Origin: a virus
Lineage: Duplodnaviria > Heunggongvirae > Uroviricota > Caudoviricetes
DNA: 37,142 nt
Virus record (IMG/VR): IMGVR_UViG_2737471867_000005
Strand: one strand, 5' to 3'
Part shown: piece after piece, positions 1 to 10,738 of the stretch
Numbering within the stretch: position 1 is the first letter of the stretch
Layout: every line of letters starts with the position of its first letter
Translations under genes and position numbers: made by a program
Notes under the pieces: generated by a model
The model's input: the letters and a program-made list of their open reading frames with translations, nothing else
The model's database searches: none
What the model was told of the DNA's origin: nothing

Positions 1-258
1 ATGCAAACCGTTATTTTTGGTCGTTCGGGTTGCCCTTACTGTGTGCGTGCAAAAGATCTGGCTGAGAAATTGAGCAATGAACGCGATGATTTTCAGTATC
101 AGTATGTAGATATTCGTGCGGAAGGGATCACTAAAGAAGATCTACAACAAAAGGCAGGTAAACCCGTAGAAACCGTGCCGCAGATTTTTGTCGATCAGCA
201 ACATATCGGCGGCTATACCGATTTTGCTGCATGGGTGAAAGAAAATCTGGACGCCTGA
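1..258 (+). CDS. grxA: glutaredoxin 1
   Basis: 85-aa ORF starting MQTVIFGRSGCPYCVRAK with CPYC active site; recalled as E. coli GrxA full length. Confidence 0.93.
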   Translation: MQTVIFGRSGCPYCVRAKDLAEKLSNERDDFQYQYVDIRAEGITKEDLQQKAGKPVETVPQIFVDQQHIGGYTDFAAWVKENLDA

Positions 259-267
259 TCGTCTGAC

Positions 268-300
268 AAGCCCTCGCGTTGAGGGCTTTACTGATTTTTT
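268..300 (+). terminator. rho-independent terminator after grxA
   Basis: Hairpin AAGCCCTC-gcgtt-GAGGGCTT followed by a T-run; overlaps the 3' end of convergent ybjM. Confidence 0.6.
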
Positions 301-665
301 CTGTGCTGTGGTTTAAACAAACTACTGATAAATAAGAAACACAGTGCCCCCAGCGCACACCAGAACACCGCGCTTAGTAACCATGCCAGCTCTTGCCAGA
401 ATGAGCGCGTCGGTGAAAAAAACAGCCGCATAATGAGCATCGAACAGGGTGCCGCCAGCATTGCGCCAAACAGAGGTTTCAGGACTTCTCTACGCTGTGA
501 AAAGAAGCTGGCGACTGCTCCAGGAAGAATGAAAAATAGCAAGCCGATTTCAGGATGCCCGGCAGCCCGAAAAGCGCCTTTCATGTGCGTCGCCAGAAAA
601 AGGCACACCACAATGAAGAGGACAAAACAGCAGATTGCCCCCGCCCAACGTTGTTTATGTTTCAC
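288..665 (-). CDS. ybjM: inner membrane protein YbjM
   Basis: 125-aa hydrophobic ORF lying between grxA and ybjL, as in the E. coli K-12 gene order. Confidence 0.8.
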   Translation of the reverse strand: MKHKQRWAGAICCFVLFIVVCLFLATHMKGAFRAAGHPEIGLLFFILPGAVASFFSQRREVLKPLFGAMLAAPCSMLIMRLFFSPTRSFWQELAWLLSAVFWCALGALCFLFISSLFKPQHRKNQ

Positions 666-934
666 TCGTTCCTCCTGACACTGCGTCTATCGAACACATT
701 TTTCGCCAGTGTGGCGTTCAGTAAGATAAAGCCGCTTCGCATTCCATGCTAATATAGGCCAACGCAATTCATATAGCCGTTGATACCTAATGTGATTACA
801 CTAGTAAAATATATTGTTACTTTACTATCGTTTAGGTGCGCTGAATGAATCTGCGCCCTGAATTCTGGTAAAAAACATTATCGTAAATTACCATTTCTTT
901 CAACAGCTTACTAGTAAACAAGAAGTTAGCCTCC

Positions 935-2620
935 GTGAATATAAACGTCGCCGAATTGTTAAATGGGAATTACATTCTGTTATTATTTGTGGTCCTCGCG
1001 CTTGGGCTATGTCTCGGAAAGTTACGACTTGGTTCGATCCAACTGGGTAATTCCATTGGCGTTTTAGTCGTATCGCTGTTATTAGGCCAACAACATTTCA
1101 GCATTAACACCGATGCGCTTAATCTTGGCTTTATGCTGTTTATTTTCTGCGTCGGGGTCGAAGCCGGACCGAACTTTTTTTCCATTTTTTTTCGCGATGG
1201 GAAAAATTACCTAATGTTAGCACTGGTGATGGTTGGCAGTGCGCTGGTGATCGCCTTAGGGTTAGGTAAGCTGTTTGGCTGGGATATTGGCCTGACGGCC
1301 GGTATGTTAGCAGGCTCTATGACGTCGACACCGGTTCTGGTCGGTGCTGGCGATACACTGCGTCATTCCGGCATGGAAAGCAGGCAGCTCTCACTGGCAC
1401 TGGATAATCTGAGCCTCGGGTATGCCTTAACCTATTTAATCGGTCTGGTGAGTTTGATTGTTGGTGCGCGTTACTTGCCGAAATTGCAGCATCAGGACTT
1501 ACAGACCAGCGCCCAGCAAATCGCCCGCGAACGTGGCCTGGACACTGATGCCAACCGTAAGGTTTATTTACCGGTGATCCGCGCCTATCGCGTCGGCCCG
1601 GAGCTGGTGGCCTGGACCGACGGCAAAAATCTGCGTGAACTGGGTATTTATCGACAAACCGGCTGCTACATTGAACGTATTCGACGTAACGGGATTCTGG
1701 CAAATCCAGACGGTGATGCCGTGCTACAAATGGGCGATGAAATAGCGTTGGTAGGCTATCCCGACGCCCATGCCCGACTCGATCCCAGCTTCCGTAACGG
1801 TAAAGAAGTTTTCGATCGTGACCTTCTCGACATGCGTATCGTCACTGAAGAAGTGGTCGTTAAAAACCATAACGCTGTAGGTAAACGTCTCGCACAACTG
1901 AAGTTGACCGATCACGGTTGCTTCCTTAACCGCGTCATTCGTAGCCAGATTGAGATGCCGATAGATGACAACGTCGTGCTTAACAAAGGTGACGTTTTAC
2001 AAGTCAGCGGTGATGCCCGTCGCGTAAAAACCATCGCCGATCGCATCGGCTTTATCTCGATTCACAGCCAGGTCACTGACCTGCTGGCATTTTGCGCCTT
2101 CTTTGTTATTGGGCTGATGATCGGGATGATCACCTTCCAGTTCAGCACATTCAGTTTCGGCATGGGGAACGCTGCCGGGTTGTTATTCGCCGGAATTATG
2201 CTGGGCTTTATGCGTGCTAACCACCCGACCTTCGGTTACATTCCGCAAGGTGCATTAAGCATGGTGAAAGAGTTCGGCTTGATGGTGTTTATGGCAGGCG
2301 TTGGTCTGAGCGCCGGTAGCGGTATTAATAACGGCCTGGGCGCGATTGGCGGTCAGATGTTGATTGCCGGATTAATTGTCAGTCTTGTGCCCGTGGTTAT
2401 CTGTTTCTTGTTCGGTGCTTATGTATTGCGAATGAACCGCGCACTGTTGTTCGGCGCAATGATGGGCGCACGCACCTGCGCGCCGGCAATGGAGATCATC
2501 AGTGATACAGCTCGCAGTAACATCCCTGCGCTGGGCTATGCGGGCACCTACGCAATCGCCAACGTCCTGCTGACGCTGGCAGGGACAATCATCGTCATGG
2601 TATGGCCAGGATTAGGATAA
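935..2620 (+). CDS. ybjL: putative AAE-family transporter YbjL
   Basis: 561-aa polytopic membrane protein with a central cytoplasmic region; matches E. coli YbjL in length and synteny. Confidence 0.9.
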
Positions 2621-2732
2621 AACTGAAGTTGCCCTGAAAATGAAATTTTTTTGCACAACCGCAGAACTTTTCCGCAGGGCATCAGTCTTAATTAGTGCCA
2701 CTGCTTTTCTTTGATGTCCCCATTTTGTGGAG

Positions 2733-2776
2733 CCCATCAACCCCGCCATTTCGGTTCAAGGTTGATGGGTTTTTTG
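2733..2776 (+). terminator. rho-independent terminator downstream of ybjL
   Basis: Stem CCCATCAACC / GGTTGATGGG with a 17-nt loop, followed by TTTTTT. Confidence 0.6.
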
Positions 2777-2855
2777 TTGCCTGAAATTTATGCTGTTTAA
2801 AATCATGATGTTAGAAGCACTGTTTTTTAACGATGGCGACAAAATGGCGGCAGCG

Positions 2856-3074
2856 TCAAAGAGAGAGCGCCACCTGTCCTGATTTCATTGGATGCGGCTG
2901 AACCGGATTTGACTCTTTTGGCGTTGCAATCGAACGAACAAAAGTTTCATGGGTAACAAAAGTATGGCTGCAGTTAATGTTCTGGCACTGGTTGTAACGC
3001 TCTTTGGTCAATGAAGATACCTGAAAACTGCTGCGAGTATGGGCGGCACTTCCACACAGTGGGCAAATCATCAT
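2856..3074 (-). CDS. ogr: Ogr/Delta-type zinc-finger late transcription activator
   Basis: MMICPLCGSAAHTRSS...KERYNQCQNINCSHTF shows the C-x2-C...C-x4-C Ogr signature. The ORF track begins at an upstream GTG; ATG codons at 3074 or 3071 give about 72 aa. Confidence 0.85.
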   Translation of the reverse strand: MMICPLCGSAAHTRSSFQVSSLTKERYNQCQNINCSHTFVTHETFVRSIATPKESNPVQPHPMKSGQVALSL

Positions 3075-3164
3075 TTTTCGAGTTCTCACCATTTTTGCTA
3101 AATTCACAATAATGATACCGCATTATTCCATTTTGCAAACTTAAAAGTTCTCCATTGCGAAGAA

Positions 3165-4265
3165 TCATTCCATTTCGAAATCATCAATCCTCACTTCAAG
3201 CTCCAGACTGGTCGTAAAACCGTTATCCGGGCTGACGGTATGCGTCAGAGTCGTAATGCTCCATTCCGCATCATCTATCGGCTGTTTAAAGCCACTGACT
3301 TTCACTGGCATTTCCGTGTAGAGATCTGCCCGCCCTTCCGCCAGTTGTAGCGAGAATGACGCAACGCCGCGTTGCAGGCGTTCCCACTGCATTTTCGCTG
3401 CCCGTTCGGCGTTACTCCGATTAGCATAGGTGCGATTAAGTACCAGCACGTTTTCATCCGTCCCCACCAGGTAATCGCCCTGCTTAGCTTCCTGCTCTTT
3501 CTTCTGCTTCTTAGTCTTGCGCTTACGCTTCACCGTAGTGCTTTCTTTCTTCGCGGGTTCGCGGGTATGCAACCAGCTGGCAATTACGCCCGTATAGGCT
3601 TCGCGATCTGCCAGGGTAAAGCGGTGACTGTCGCCGTCCTTACGTGTGATAGTGATCACCGGCAGTGGTTTACCGCTGGCGCTTTTTCCCTGTCCCTGCC
3701 GGATGAATAACAGATTGCCATTTTTCACCGACGCAATAGCACCGTACTGGCGCGCCAGCCGCATCAGAAAACTGCCGTCACTCTCATTAGTCTGGTCTAT
3801 ATGCTCCACGGGCTTATCCGACAGGTCTTTACCCAGTGCCATCTTCAGCTTGTGACGTACGGCTATTTCCTTCACTACTTCCCCGACGGTGGTCTTGTGC
3901 CACGACTTTTCACGGCGGGTATTCAGCGTTTCACGAAAATCAGCACTTCGCGCCCGAATAGTCAGGCGGTCCGGTGCGCCAGTGTGTTCAATCTCGTCCA
4001 CCGTGAATGCCCCTTTCGGGAAAAGCGGCTGCCCCTTCCAGCCCAGCGCCAGCGTAATTATCGCACCACGGCGCGGCAGCACGATTTTTCCGTCGGCGTC
4101 GTCCAACTCCAGATCAAGCTGGTCCGCTTCAAAGCCCCGATTGTCCGTCAGCGTCAGACTCATCAGACGGTTATCCAGCACAGTGGTGATATCCCTGCCC
4201 TCAATACTGATACTGAATGCCGGAGTTTTGTTGCCTTTGTTAAGCAGTTCAGAGCTGAAATTCAT
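3165..4265 (-). CDS. D: tail protein D (late control D)
   Basis: 366-aa ORF in the P2 position between U and ogr. Confidence 0.85.
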   Translation of the reverse strand: MNFSSELLNKGNKTPAFSISIEGRDITTVLDNRLMSLTLTDNRGFEADQLDLELDDADGKIVLPRRGAIITLALGWKGQPLFPKGAFTVDEIEHTGAPDRLTIRARSADFRETLNTRREKSWHKTTVGEVVKEIAVRHKLKMALGKDLSDKPVEHIDQTNESDGSFLMRLARQYGAIASVKNGNLLFIRQGQGKSASGKPLPVITITRKDGDSHRFTLADREAYTGVIASWLHTREPAKKESTTVKRKRKTKKQKKEQEAKQGDYLVGTDENVLVLNRTYANRSNAERAAKMQWERLQRGVASFSLQLAEGRADLYTEMPVKVSGFKQPIDDAEWSITTLTHTVSPDNGFTTSLELEVRIDDFEME

Positions 4266-4747
4266 GACAGCAGCCCTCCCACCGTTTTACTGATATCGCT
4301 TAAGGCAGATGTTGCCATGTCCTGCAGATTATTCAGCTGCGCACTGAGATCACCAAACATATCGGACAGGGATTCATCCACCCGTTTGAGCGACAGGGTG
4401 AACTCAATCCGGCGCGGCATACCGTCGCGGAAAAACTCCGTTTTGGTCTGATTCAGTCCCTCAATCACATACATGCCATAAACCGTGCCGCTGCCTTCAA
4501 TCAGGGGCCATGCTTTCCCCTGTTCTGCCATCTGCTCCAGTGCCAGCAATGACAGCCTGCCGCCTGTTATCTCCGGCATAAGAACACCAGAAAGCGTCAG
4601 CATGTCGTTATCCGGTCCCAGAAACTGCGTGGATGGACGACGATTTACCCGACTGTTAGCCGCATGTCGCCAGCTGCGCTGATACTGCAGTTCCTGATAC
4701 GGCACGGTGCGCAGCATAAACACGTACAATCCCAGCACCATCATCAT
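4262..4747 (-). CDS. U: tail protein U
   Basis: 161-aa ORF overlapping the D start and T stop, P2 order. Confidence 0.85.
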   Translation of the reverse strand: MMMVLGLYVFMLRTVPYQELQYQRSWRHAANSRVNRRPSTQFLGPDNDMLTLSGVLMPEITGGRLSLLALEQMAEQGKAWPLIEGSGTVYGMYVIEGLNQTKTEFFRDGMPRRIEFTLSLKRVDESLSDMFGDLSAQLNNLQDMATSALSDISKTVGGLLS

Positions 4748-7700
4748 GCGTCGTATCCCCCCTGATCGCTGTAGTTACTCCTGGCTTTTGCCTTCAGCCT
4801 GCGTTCACGTTCATCAAGCTGGCGGGCCACCTCCCGTGCAATATCCTGCGCACTTTGTCCTGGCTGCGTCTGAATGATGATCTGCGTCGGTGCCTCAATC
4901 CGGTGAATGGGCGGCACAGTGGCTGCACGACTCACCATCGCTTCGCCGCCTTTCGCGGGAAGTGCCAAAGGATGCAACGGTGGAAGCTCTGCAGGCGCGG
5001 CAGCAACGCCCATCATTCCGGCAACAACGGCAGCCAGTGCAGCTGTATTTCTCCGGCTGGTCACATTTGCCGGGCCGTTAACAATTTCCGGCCCGTTTTC
5101 ACCGACGATGCCAAACTGCCCGCGCGGGATATAGCCGCCGCTGTCATACATCCCCGCAAAGCCATATCCCCATGACGGAAAACCACCCGATGGCATCATC
5201 ACTTTACCGTCTGCATTCACCGTCGCAGGTTGCTGACGCGTCACTCTTTCCGGCAGTTTCGCCTTTGCAGCCTCTTTACTGACAATGCCGAGTTTCTCCA
5301 GCAACCAGGAAACGCCGGATTTCAGGGAGTCCAGCGGATGCATGACCATATTTAGCCCTTCCGCCAGTGCCTCCCCGAATCGTCGCCCCATTGCCGCTGC
5401 GCTCTGCAGTTCGGCAGAGGTCGACTTAACGGGCGTCAGCAGATCAGTAAACCAGCCCCACAACGCCTGCACTTTGTCGCCAATCCACTGAAACACAGGC
5501 TTAAGCGGTTCGAATGCTGCACTGATGGGACCTGCCGCCGCGTTGAATCCTTCCACCACACCAGCGAGAAATGCGGTGATGGGTTGCCAGTATTTCCAGA
5601 CAACCAGCGCCACGCCCGCCAGTGCAGTAACCACAAGACCTATCGGACTGAGCAGAGCACCTAACAGACCAGATACGGCATACAGGGCAACGCGCAGCAT
5701 CGCCAGCGGACCGGATGCCAGTACTCGCAGCACCGCGCCTGCGGCAGCCAGTCCACCGCGTAGTGCTGCCAGTGGATTCATAAACATCACAGCAACAGCA
5801 CGTAAACCGGATAATCCAGACCGCAACAGTGCAACCGGCACACCTGCTACAGTTTTCAGGACATTCCCCGTCAGTGATGCCGTGCGGCGCAAAGACGACA
5901 ACGGCGCAGTAAGTAAACCCGCTGCGTTGCCCGATGAAGCAAGCCCGCGTCGCAGCAGTGCCAGTGGAGCGCCAGCCAGCCAGGACAACGCGCTGCTGGT
6001 TCGTGTTACTGCTGCCGTAACGGAAGGTAACGTTTTGATACCCAGCACAGAGAATCCCAGACGGATGACTGCCAGCGGCCCCAGCACTGCAGCCAGCGCC
6101 ACCGCTAAGGTGCCGAGGCCTACGGTAACCGCAGCCACAACAGCCGCTACTTTCATCAGTGTGCCTGTCAGTTCCGGGTTAGCTTCCACCCAGCGGCGCA
6201 ACGCCCCCGTGATGCTTTTTACCGTGTACAGAATATCCATCAGCGGCTGGCGCAGCGTTTCGCCCAGGCTGCTGAAGGTGTTCTGCGCTCCGGTTTTGAC
6301 CAGCAACCACTGCGCAGAAAGTGAGTCTTTGTTGATGTCGGATTCTTTCTGCATGGAACCGAGCGCATCATTGCCCGCAGTCAGTTTTAGCTGGCGCTGC
6401 AGTTCCGGAAGGTTGTTTGCCAGTTTCGCCGCGTCATCACCAAACTCTTTACCAAACAACATGGTCATGGCAGACAGACGCTTGTCCTGCGGCAGTGCGT
6501 TCACCTTCTCCAACACACGCTGGATAGTTCCCATCGCATCCTTCGTCATCTGCTTTTCAATCACTTCAGGATTGAGTTTCAGCAGATTCATCCCTTCAAA
6601 GAAACTCTTGCTTTGCATGGTGGCAATGGACAATTCACGCACCATCGCGTTTGCTGCACTGGCTGCAACCTCCGGCGCAGCGCCCAGTGTCAGAAAGGTG
6701 GAACCCAGTGCCGCCGCTTTACGATAATCCAGACGGTCAGCCACACCGCCCAGACGTTGCATCACATCAATGATGTCCGCCCCTTTCGACATGGCGTTAT
6801 CATCCAGATAGTTCAGCGCATCGCCGAGCTGTTCAATATTGCGGGTAGGTATTTTGTAGAGCTGGGCGATTTTCCCCAGACTTTCTGACAGTTCATCCGC
6901 TGGCAGCTCAAAGGCTGTTGCCGCCTTTGCTGCCGTACTGGCGAAGGCCAGCAGGTCACGTTTCTGGTCTTCCCAGCTGTCGTCAGGGTTTGCGACGTTC
7001 ATGCGCGCACCACCTTCAACCAGTGCAGCGAAGTCCACCGCACCGTTTTCCATCGGCAACTGTTCGCTGGCAGCCTTGATGGCATCCTGCATTTCATAAA
7101 AACGTGCAGTGCGGTTGCCATTATCGTCACGCAGACCATTGACCTGCTTTGCCACACCTTTCATGGCATCTTCCATGCTGGTATAGCTTTTTACTGCCGC
7201 CATCACTGGCGCACCCATTGCCAGCCCTGCAGCCGTGGTAGTGGCTCCGGCTCCTGCGATGCGATCGCGCACCTCCAGTGAACGGGCATAACTGGCACGC
7301 GCTGCATTCATCCGGCGCTGAGCTTCCCCCAGTCGCTTCAGCCGCGCCTCCTGTTTCGACAGTTCCTGGTTATAACGTGATGCTTCACGGGCTAAACGGG
7401 CAGTTGCTCCCGCATCATCTTTCGCAGAAATTCCCGCCCGGTACAGTTCTGCACGCACAAGCGCCGTTTGCTGCTGCAGCTTTTTCTGGCGTTCTTCCAG
7501 GCGCTGAACAGCCAGCCGTTGACGGCCCAGAGCAACAACCTGACGTTGCGAAGGCGGCCCCATCGCTCCCAGTTCCTGACTGAGCAAATTTGCACGCTGG
7601 CGGGCATAGTTCAGCCTGTCGCCTAATTTCTGATTTTCTGCCTGCAGCTTTCGGAAGCTGTCCAGACTGCTCCCGGCCTGATCAAGCTGCTTTATTGCAT

Positions 7701-7821
7701 CGCGGGATTTTTTGACAGCAGCAGCCAGTTCTCTTGAACTGGCCTGCGCAGATCGAAATGGGCGGGTGAGCTTGTCAACCGCATTAAGAATGACCTGCAG
7801 ACGCAGGTTGTTATCACTCAT
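4744..7821 (-). CDS. T: tail tape measure protein
   Basis: 1025-aa protein with a coiled-coil N-terminal half and a Gly/Ala-rich hydrophobic central region; sits after E/E'. Confidence 0.9.
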   Translation of the reverse strand: MSDNNLRLQVILNAVDKLTRPFRSAQASSRELAAAVKKSRDAIKQLDQAGSSLDSFRKLQAENQKLGDRLNYARQRANLLSQELGAMGPPSQRQVVALGRQRLAVQRLEERQKKLQQQTALVRAELYRAGISAKDDAGATARLAREASRYNQELSKQEARLKRLGEAQRRMNAARASYARSLEVRDRIAGAGATTTAAGLAMGAPVMAAVKSYTSMEDAMKGVAKQVNGLRDDNGNRTARFYEMQDAIKAASEQLPMENGAVDFAALVEGGARMNVANPDDSWEDQKRDLLAFASTAAKAATAFELPADELSESLGKIAQLYKIPTRNIEQLGDALNYLDDNAMSKGADIIDVMQRLGGVADRLDYRKAAALGSTFLTLGAAPEVAASAANAMVRELSIATMQSKSFFEGMNLLKLNPEVIEKQMTKDAMGTIQRVLEKVNALPQDKRLSAMTMLFGKEFGDDAAKLANNLPELQRQLKLTAGNDALGSMQKESDINKDSLSAQWLLVKTGAQNTFSSLGETLRQPLMDILYTVKSITGALRRWVEANPELTGTLMKVAAVVAAVTVGLGTLAVALAAVLGPLAVIRLGFSVLGIKTLPSVTAAVTRTSSALSWLAGAPLALLRRGLASSGNAAGLLTAPLSSLRRTASLTGNVLKTVAGVPVALLRSGLSGLRAVAVMFMNPLAALRGGLAAAGAVLRVLASGPLAMLRVALYAVSGLLGALLSPIGLVVTALAGVALVVWKYWQPITAFLAGVVEGFNAAAGPISAAFEPLKPVFQWIGDKVQALWGWFTDLLTPVKSTSAELQSAAAMGRRFGEALAEGLNMVMHPLDSLKSGVSWLLEKLGIVSKEAAKAKLPERVTRQQPATVNADGKVMMPSGGFPSWGYGFAGMYDSGGYIPRGQFGIVGENGPEIVNGPANVTSRRNTAALAAVVAGMMGVAAAPAELPPLHPLALPAKGGEAMVSRAATVPPIHRIEAPTQIIIQTQPGQSAQDIAREVARQLDERERRLKAKARSNYSDQGGYDA

Positions 7822-8250
7822 CGTTGGCCCCGCTTCTCTGAATCGCTTTATACCGCCATTCCAGCACTTCGGTCAGCGGCATAACGTCAGTAACGGATGG
7901 CGGCCAGTGAAAAATGGTGGCGATATCTGCCACCAGATCGTCAACCGTCAGGTTGTCGGTAAACCGGCAAGCACCGACTTCTTCAACAAAAAAGTGACAA
8001 CCTCAACCGACATGGCAGTGAGATCTGCCGGGTCCATCTCTGCAATTTCCTGTGCAGTCAGTGCCGGACTGGAGATGCGGGGGATCACGGTCATCATCGC
8101 GTTTACATCCATATCCATAATGGCCTGCAGGCGTGTACCGCGCAGCGCACCGGACTGCGGTTTACGCAGCACAATTTCGGTGATTTCTGTTTTACCGCGC
8201 TTGATGGGGGTATCCAGTTGAATGGTCTTTTCAGTCTGCTTATCGCTCAT
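7814..8250 (-). CDS. E': tail assembly chaperone E+E' (programmed -1 frameshift product)
   Basis: Slippery heptamer T_TTT_TTG on the minus strand (plus 7987..7993) near the end of E. The -1 frame stays open to a TGA at 7814..7816 that overlaps the T start codon. Confidence 0.75.
7948..8250 (-). CDS. E: tail assembly chaperone E
   Basis: 100-aa ORF immediately upstream of T; ends VVTFLLKKSVLAGLPTT. Confidence 0.85.
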   Translation of the reverse strand: MSDKQTEKTIQLDTPIKRGKTEITEIVLRKPQSGALRGTRLQAIMDMDVNAMMTVIPRISSPALTAQEIAEMDPADLTAMSVEVVTFLLKKSVLAGLPTT

Positions 8251-8304
8251 TTTGCTGTCCTGTCAATTGGGTTCTGGCGCAGTATCCCGCGCCGTTCAGA
8301 TATA

Positions 8305-8820
8305 TCAGAGGCCGAGGGCGTTGCGGTGCGCTTCCATCAGGTCCACACCGTCCACAATTTCCACCATGTTGATAAGGTCCACTTCATAGAGCACCTCACC
8401 ATTGATGGTCAGCTTCGCGTAGCTGTTGGTACTGGTCACTTTGGTGGTGTTGCTTTCGCCCGTCTTCCACTCGCCGGAATCCACTTCTTTGTGACGTCCA
8501 CGCACGACAAGCTCCACGGCCTGCACTTCCCCGGTATCGTCACGCTGAATAGAGCCGGTAAAGCGCAGCTGGATGCCATCCACCGTGGCTTTACCCATCT
8601 GTTTAAACAGCAGCAATTCAGTACCACCAATGGAAAATTCTGTGTCCAGCGCACTGTCATCAAGCCCCAGATCCACATCCACCGCACCCGGCATTCCGCC
8701 GCCGCGATACTTCTCATATTTGCGGGTAAATTTCGGCAGCGTCAGCGACTCAACGATCCCCTGCCAGTTGTTCCCGTCGTTAAACAGGTTCAGGTGTTTT
8801 AATTTGCGTGGTAAAGCCAT
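8305..8820 (-). CDS. FII: tail tube protein FII
   Basis: 171-aa ORF in P2 order downstream of FI. Confidence 0.88.
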   Translation of the reverse strand: MALPRKLKHLNLFNDGNNWQGIVESLTLPKFTRKYEKYRGGGMPGAVDVDLGLDDSALDTEFSIGGTELLLFKQMGKATVDGIQLRFTGSIQRDDTGEVQAVELVVRGRHKEVDSGEWKTGESNTTKVTSTNSYAKLTINGEVLYEVDLINMVEIVDGVDLMEAHRNALGL

Positions 8821-8829
8821 GTTGTCCCC

Positions 8830-10002
8830 TTACGCGCTGACCTGGCTGGCGAAATTCACCAGGTACTGATCGGTGATGCGCTGACGCAGCATCAGGTTTT
8901 CAAGTGGCGGCACTGGCGTGTAGTCGTAGTCGATGGTGAGTTTTCCGGCTTTCAGCGTGTCTTTGTCGTTCACCGACTCATCCAGCCAGCAATCACCACC
9001 AATGAGATAGCCCTGACTGACCAGGCTGCGCATTTTGGCGCGGATACCTTCGATAATGTCGCGGGCCAGCGACGGGTTAAGCGGTTTATCCACCGCCCAC
9101 ATGTGTGCTTCTGCCATCGTGTCCATCAGCACCTGCGCCGTGCGGGTGTAGTTTTCGAAGGCAAAGAGCGGGTCATCACTCAGGCAGCGGGAACCCCAGA
9201 AGCGGAAACCGTCTTTACGCACAAGCGTGGTGACGTCGTTCTGGTTCAGCAGACCTGCATCGGTTGCCGGGTCCTGCAGATCCCAGAACACATCTGCAGA
9301 AATTCCGGTGACACCGTTCACGCCCACGTTGGACAGGCTTTTGTGCCATCCGGTCTGCTCGTCAATTTTGGCGCGCAGACCAAGCGCACGGGCGGTGGCA
9401 TATGCCGTTGCTTCGGCATTCAGCACCGTGTCCCAGCCAGTAAAGTCAGGCCAGATCAGCATCCCTTCGCGCTGGCTGAAGTTTTCGCGGTAAGTGATCG
9501 CCTCCTGCACTGTCTTGCAGCCATACGCTGACAGGTAAGCAAATCCACGCAGGCTTTGCGCCACGCTCAGCAACTCAGTAGCTACCGCCTTGGTGTCGTG
9601 GCCTGGCACGCCGAGAATGCGCGGTTTAACGCCGAGCTGTGACTGGGCAGATAACAGGGCTTTCATACCTGTTTTTTTACCTTCAGCAGTCACTGCGCCG
9701 ATGATATTGGTCGTGGTTTCGTCTTCCGTTTCACCCTGCGGCACACGCACAACAATGGTCACGGGTTTTGCCTGGTCAGCGATGGCATCCAGCGAACGGG
9801 CCAGAGTACCTGACTCACCCGCTTTACCGCTGGCAGTCAGCACATCAGTGATCAGCACGGGTTTATTAAGAGGAAACATTTTTGCATCGGCATCATCGCC
9901 CGTGCAGACCATACCCACGATGGCGGTGCTCACCGTGGTAATAGATCGGGTGCCTTCGTTGACTTCAACAACGCGCACCCCGTGGTGGTAATCCTGAGCC
10001 AT
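8830..10002 (-). CDS. FI: contractile tail sheath protein FI
   Basis: 390-aa ORF, P2 order. Confidence 0.9.
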   Translation of the reverse strand: MAQDYHHGVRVVEVNEGTRSITTVSTAIVGMVCTGDDADAKMFPLNKPVLITDVLTASGKAGESGTLARSLDAIADQAKPVTIVVRVPQGETEDETTTNIIGAVTAEGKKTGMKALLSAQSQLGVKPRILGVPGHDTKAVATELLSVAQSLRGFAYLSAYGCKTVQEAITYRENFSQREGMLIWPDFTGWDTVLNAEATAYATARALGLRAKIDEQTGWHKSLSNVGVNGVTGISADVFWDLQDPATDAGLLNQNDVTTLVRKDGFRFWGSRCLSDDPLFAFENYTRTAQVLMDTMAEAHMWAVDKPLNPSLARDIIEGIRAKMRSLVSQGYLIGGDCWLDESVNDKDTLKAGKLTIDYDYTPVPPLENLMLRQRITDQYLVNFASQVSA

Positions 10003-10078
10003 AGTGGCGAACCTCCTGATTGGATTAGGCTTCGCCCTATGTTGAAGTGATTGTGCCTGACAAACAGCTAAGCGCAGT

Positions 10079-10096
10079 TGTGTCGTTATTCACACA
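10079..10096 (-). promoter_or_regulatory. Ogr-type late promoter activator site (TGT-N12-ACA) upstream of FI
   Basis: TGTgtcgttattcacACA dyad lies 77 bp upstream of the FI start. Confidence 0.6.
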
Positions 10097-10144
10097 AAAT
10101 AACGGTATTTGTCTGCTTGCAGTGATAATCAACATAATGCTGAT

Positions 10145-10717
10145 TCAGGGGGATTCATTGATCTTATTTGCCGGAAATTTTCTATAAATGGTAGAAACGC
10201 CTACATCAAAAATCAGTGCAATACGCTGTCTTGATTCTCCGGCCTCGAGTAAACGCCCAATCTGTGCCCACTGTTCGGTGGTCAACTTAGGACGGCGTCC
10301 ACCTACTCTGCCTTTGGCACGAGCTGCAGCCAGCCCTGCCCTGGTACGTTCAACTATCAGTTCGCGTTCCATTTCAGCCATGGCACCCATGACATGAAAA
10401 AAGAAACGGCCCATTGGGGTACTGGTATCAATACTGTCAGTCAGGCTTCTGAAATTCACACCACGCTGGCGCAACTCTTCTATCAGCGTAACAAGATGCC
10501 GCATACTGCGCCCCAACCTGTCCAGCTTCCAGACAACCAGCGTGTCTCCTGCCGATAGTGTCCTGAGTAGTTTTTTCAGCCCCGGTCTGTCGGACTTAGT
10601 GCCACTGATTTTGTCCTCAAAAATCTGCTCACATCCCGCGCAGTTCAGTGCATTACGTTGCAAATCGGTGTTCTGGTCATTTGTTGACACGCGTACATAG
10701 CCAATAAGTATGATCAT
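10145..10717 (-). CDS. serine DNA invertase (Gin/Pin/Cin/Hin family)
   Basis: 190-aa protein with N-terminal IGYVRVSTNDQ catalytic-serine motif and a C-terminal HTH; adjacent to inverted tail-fibre segments. Confidence 0.9.
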   Translation of the reverse strand: MIILIGYVRVSTNDQNTDLQRNALNCAGCEQIFEDKISGTKSDRPGLKKLLRTLSAGDTLVVWKLDRLGRSMRHLVTLIEELRQRGVNFRSLTDSIDTSTPMGRFFFHVMGAMAEMERELIVERTRAGLAAARAKGRVGGRRPKLTTEQWAQIGRLLEAGESRQRIALIFDVGVSTIYRKFPANKINESP

Positions 10718-10738
10718 CCCCCTGAATAAAAACCGGAG

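Noticed and set aside
433-752. Plus-strand ORFs 433..678 and 555..752 overlapping ybjM
   Set aside because: Antisense to the membrane protein gene ybjM; Arg/Lys-rich translation with no gene-like context.
1317-1915. Minus-strand ORFs 1317..1703 and 1724..1915 inside ybjL
   Set aside because: Antisense to the 561-aa transporter gene, which matches host synteny.
2621-2855. Possible tRNA or small RNA gene as the integration target
   Set aside because: No cloverleaf-compatible sequence or conserved tRNA elements seen; only a terminator hairpin.
5525-6727. 400-aa plus-strand ORF (and neighbours 4855..5175, 4907..5134) inside tape-measure gene T
   Set aside because: Antisense shadow ORF in a GC-rich gene; low-complexity Ala/Ser/Thr/Pro-rich translation and no RBS context. 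T on the minus strand explains the region.
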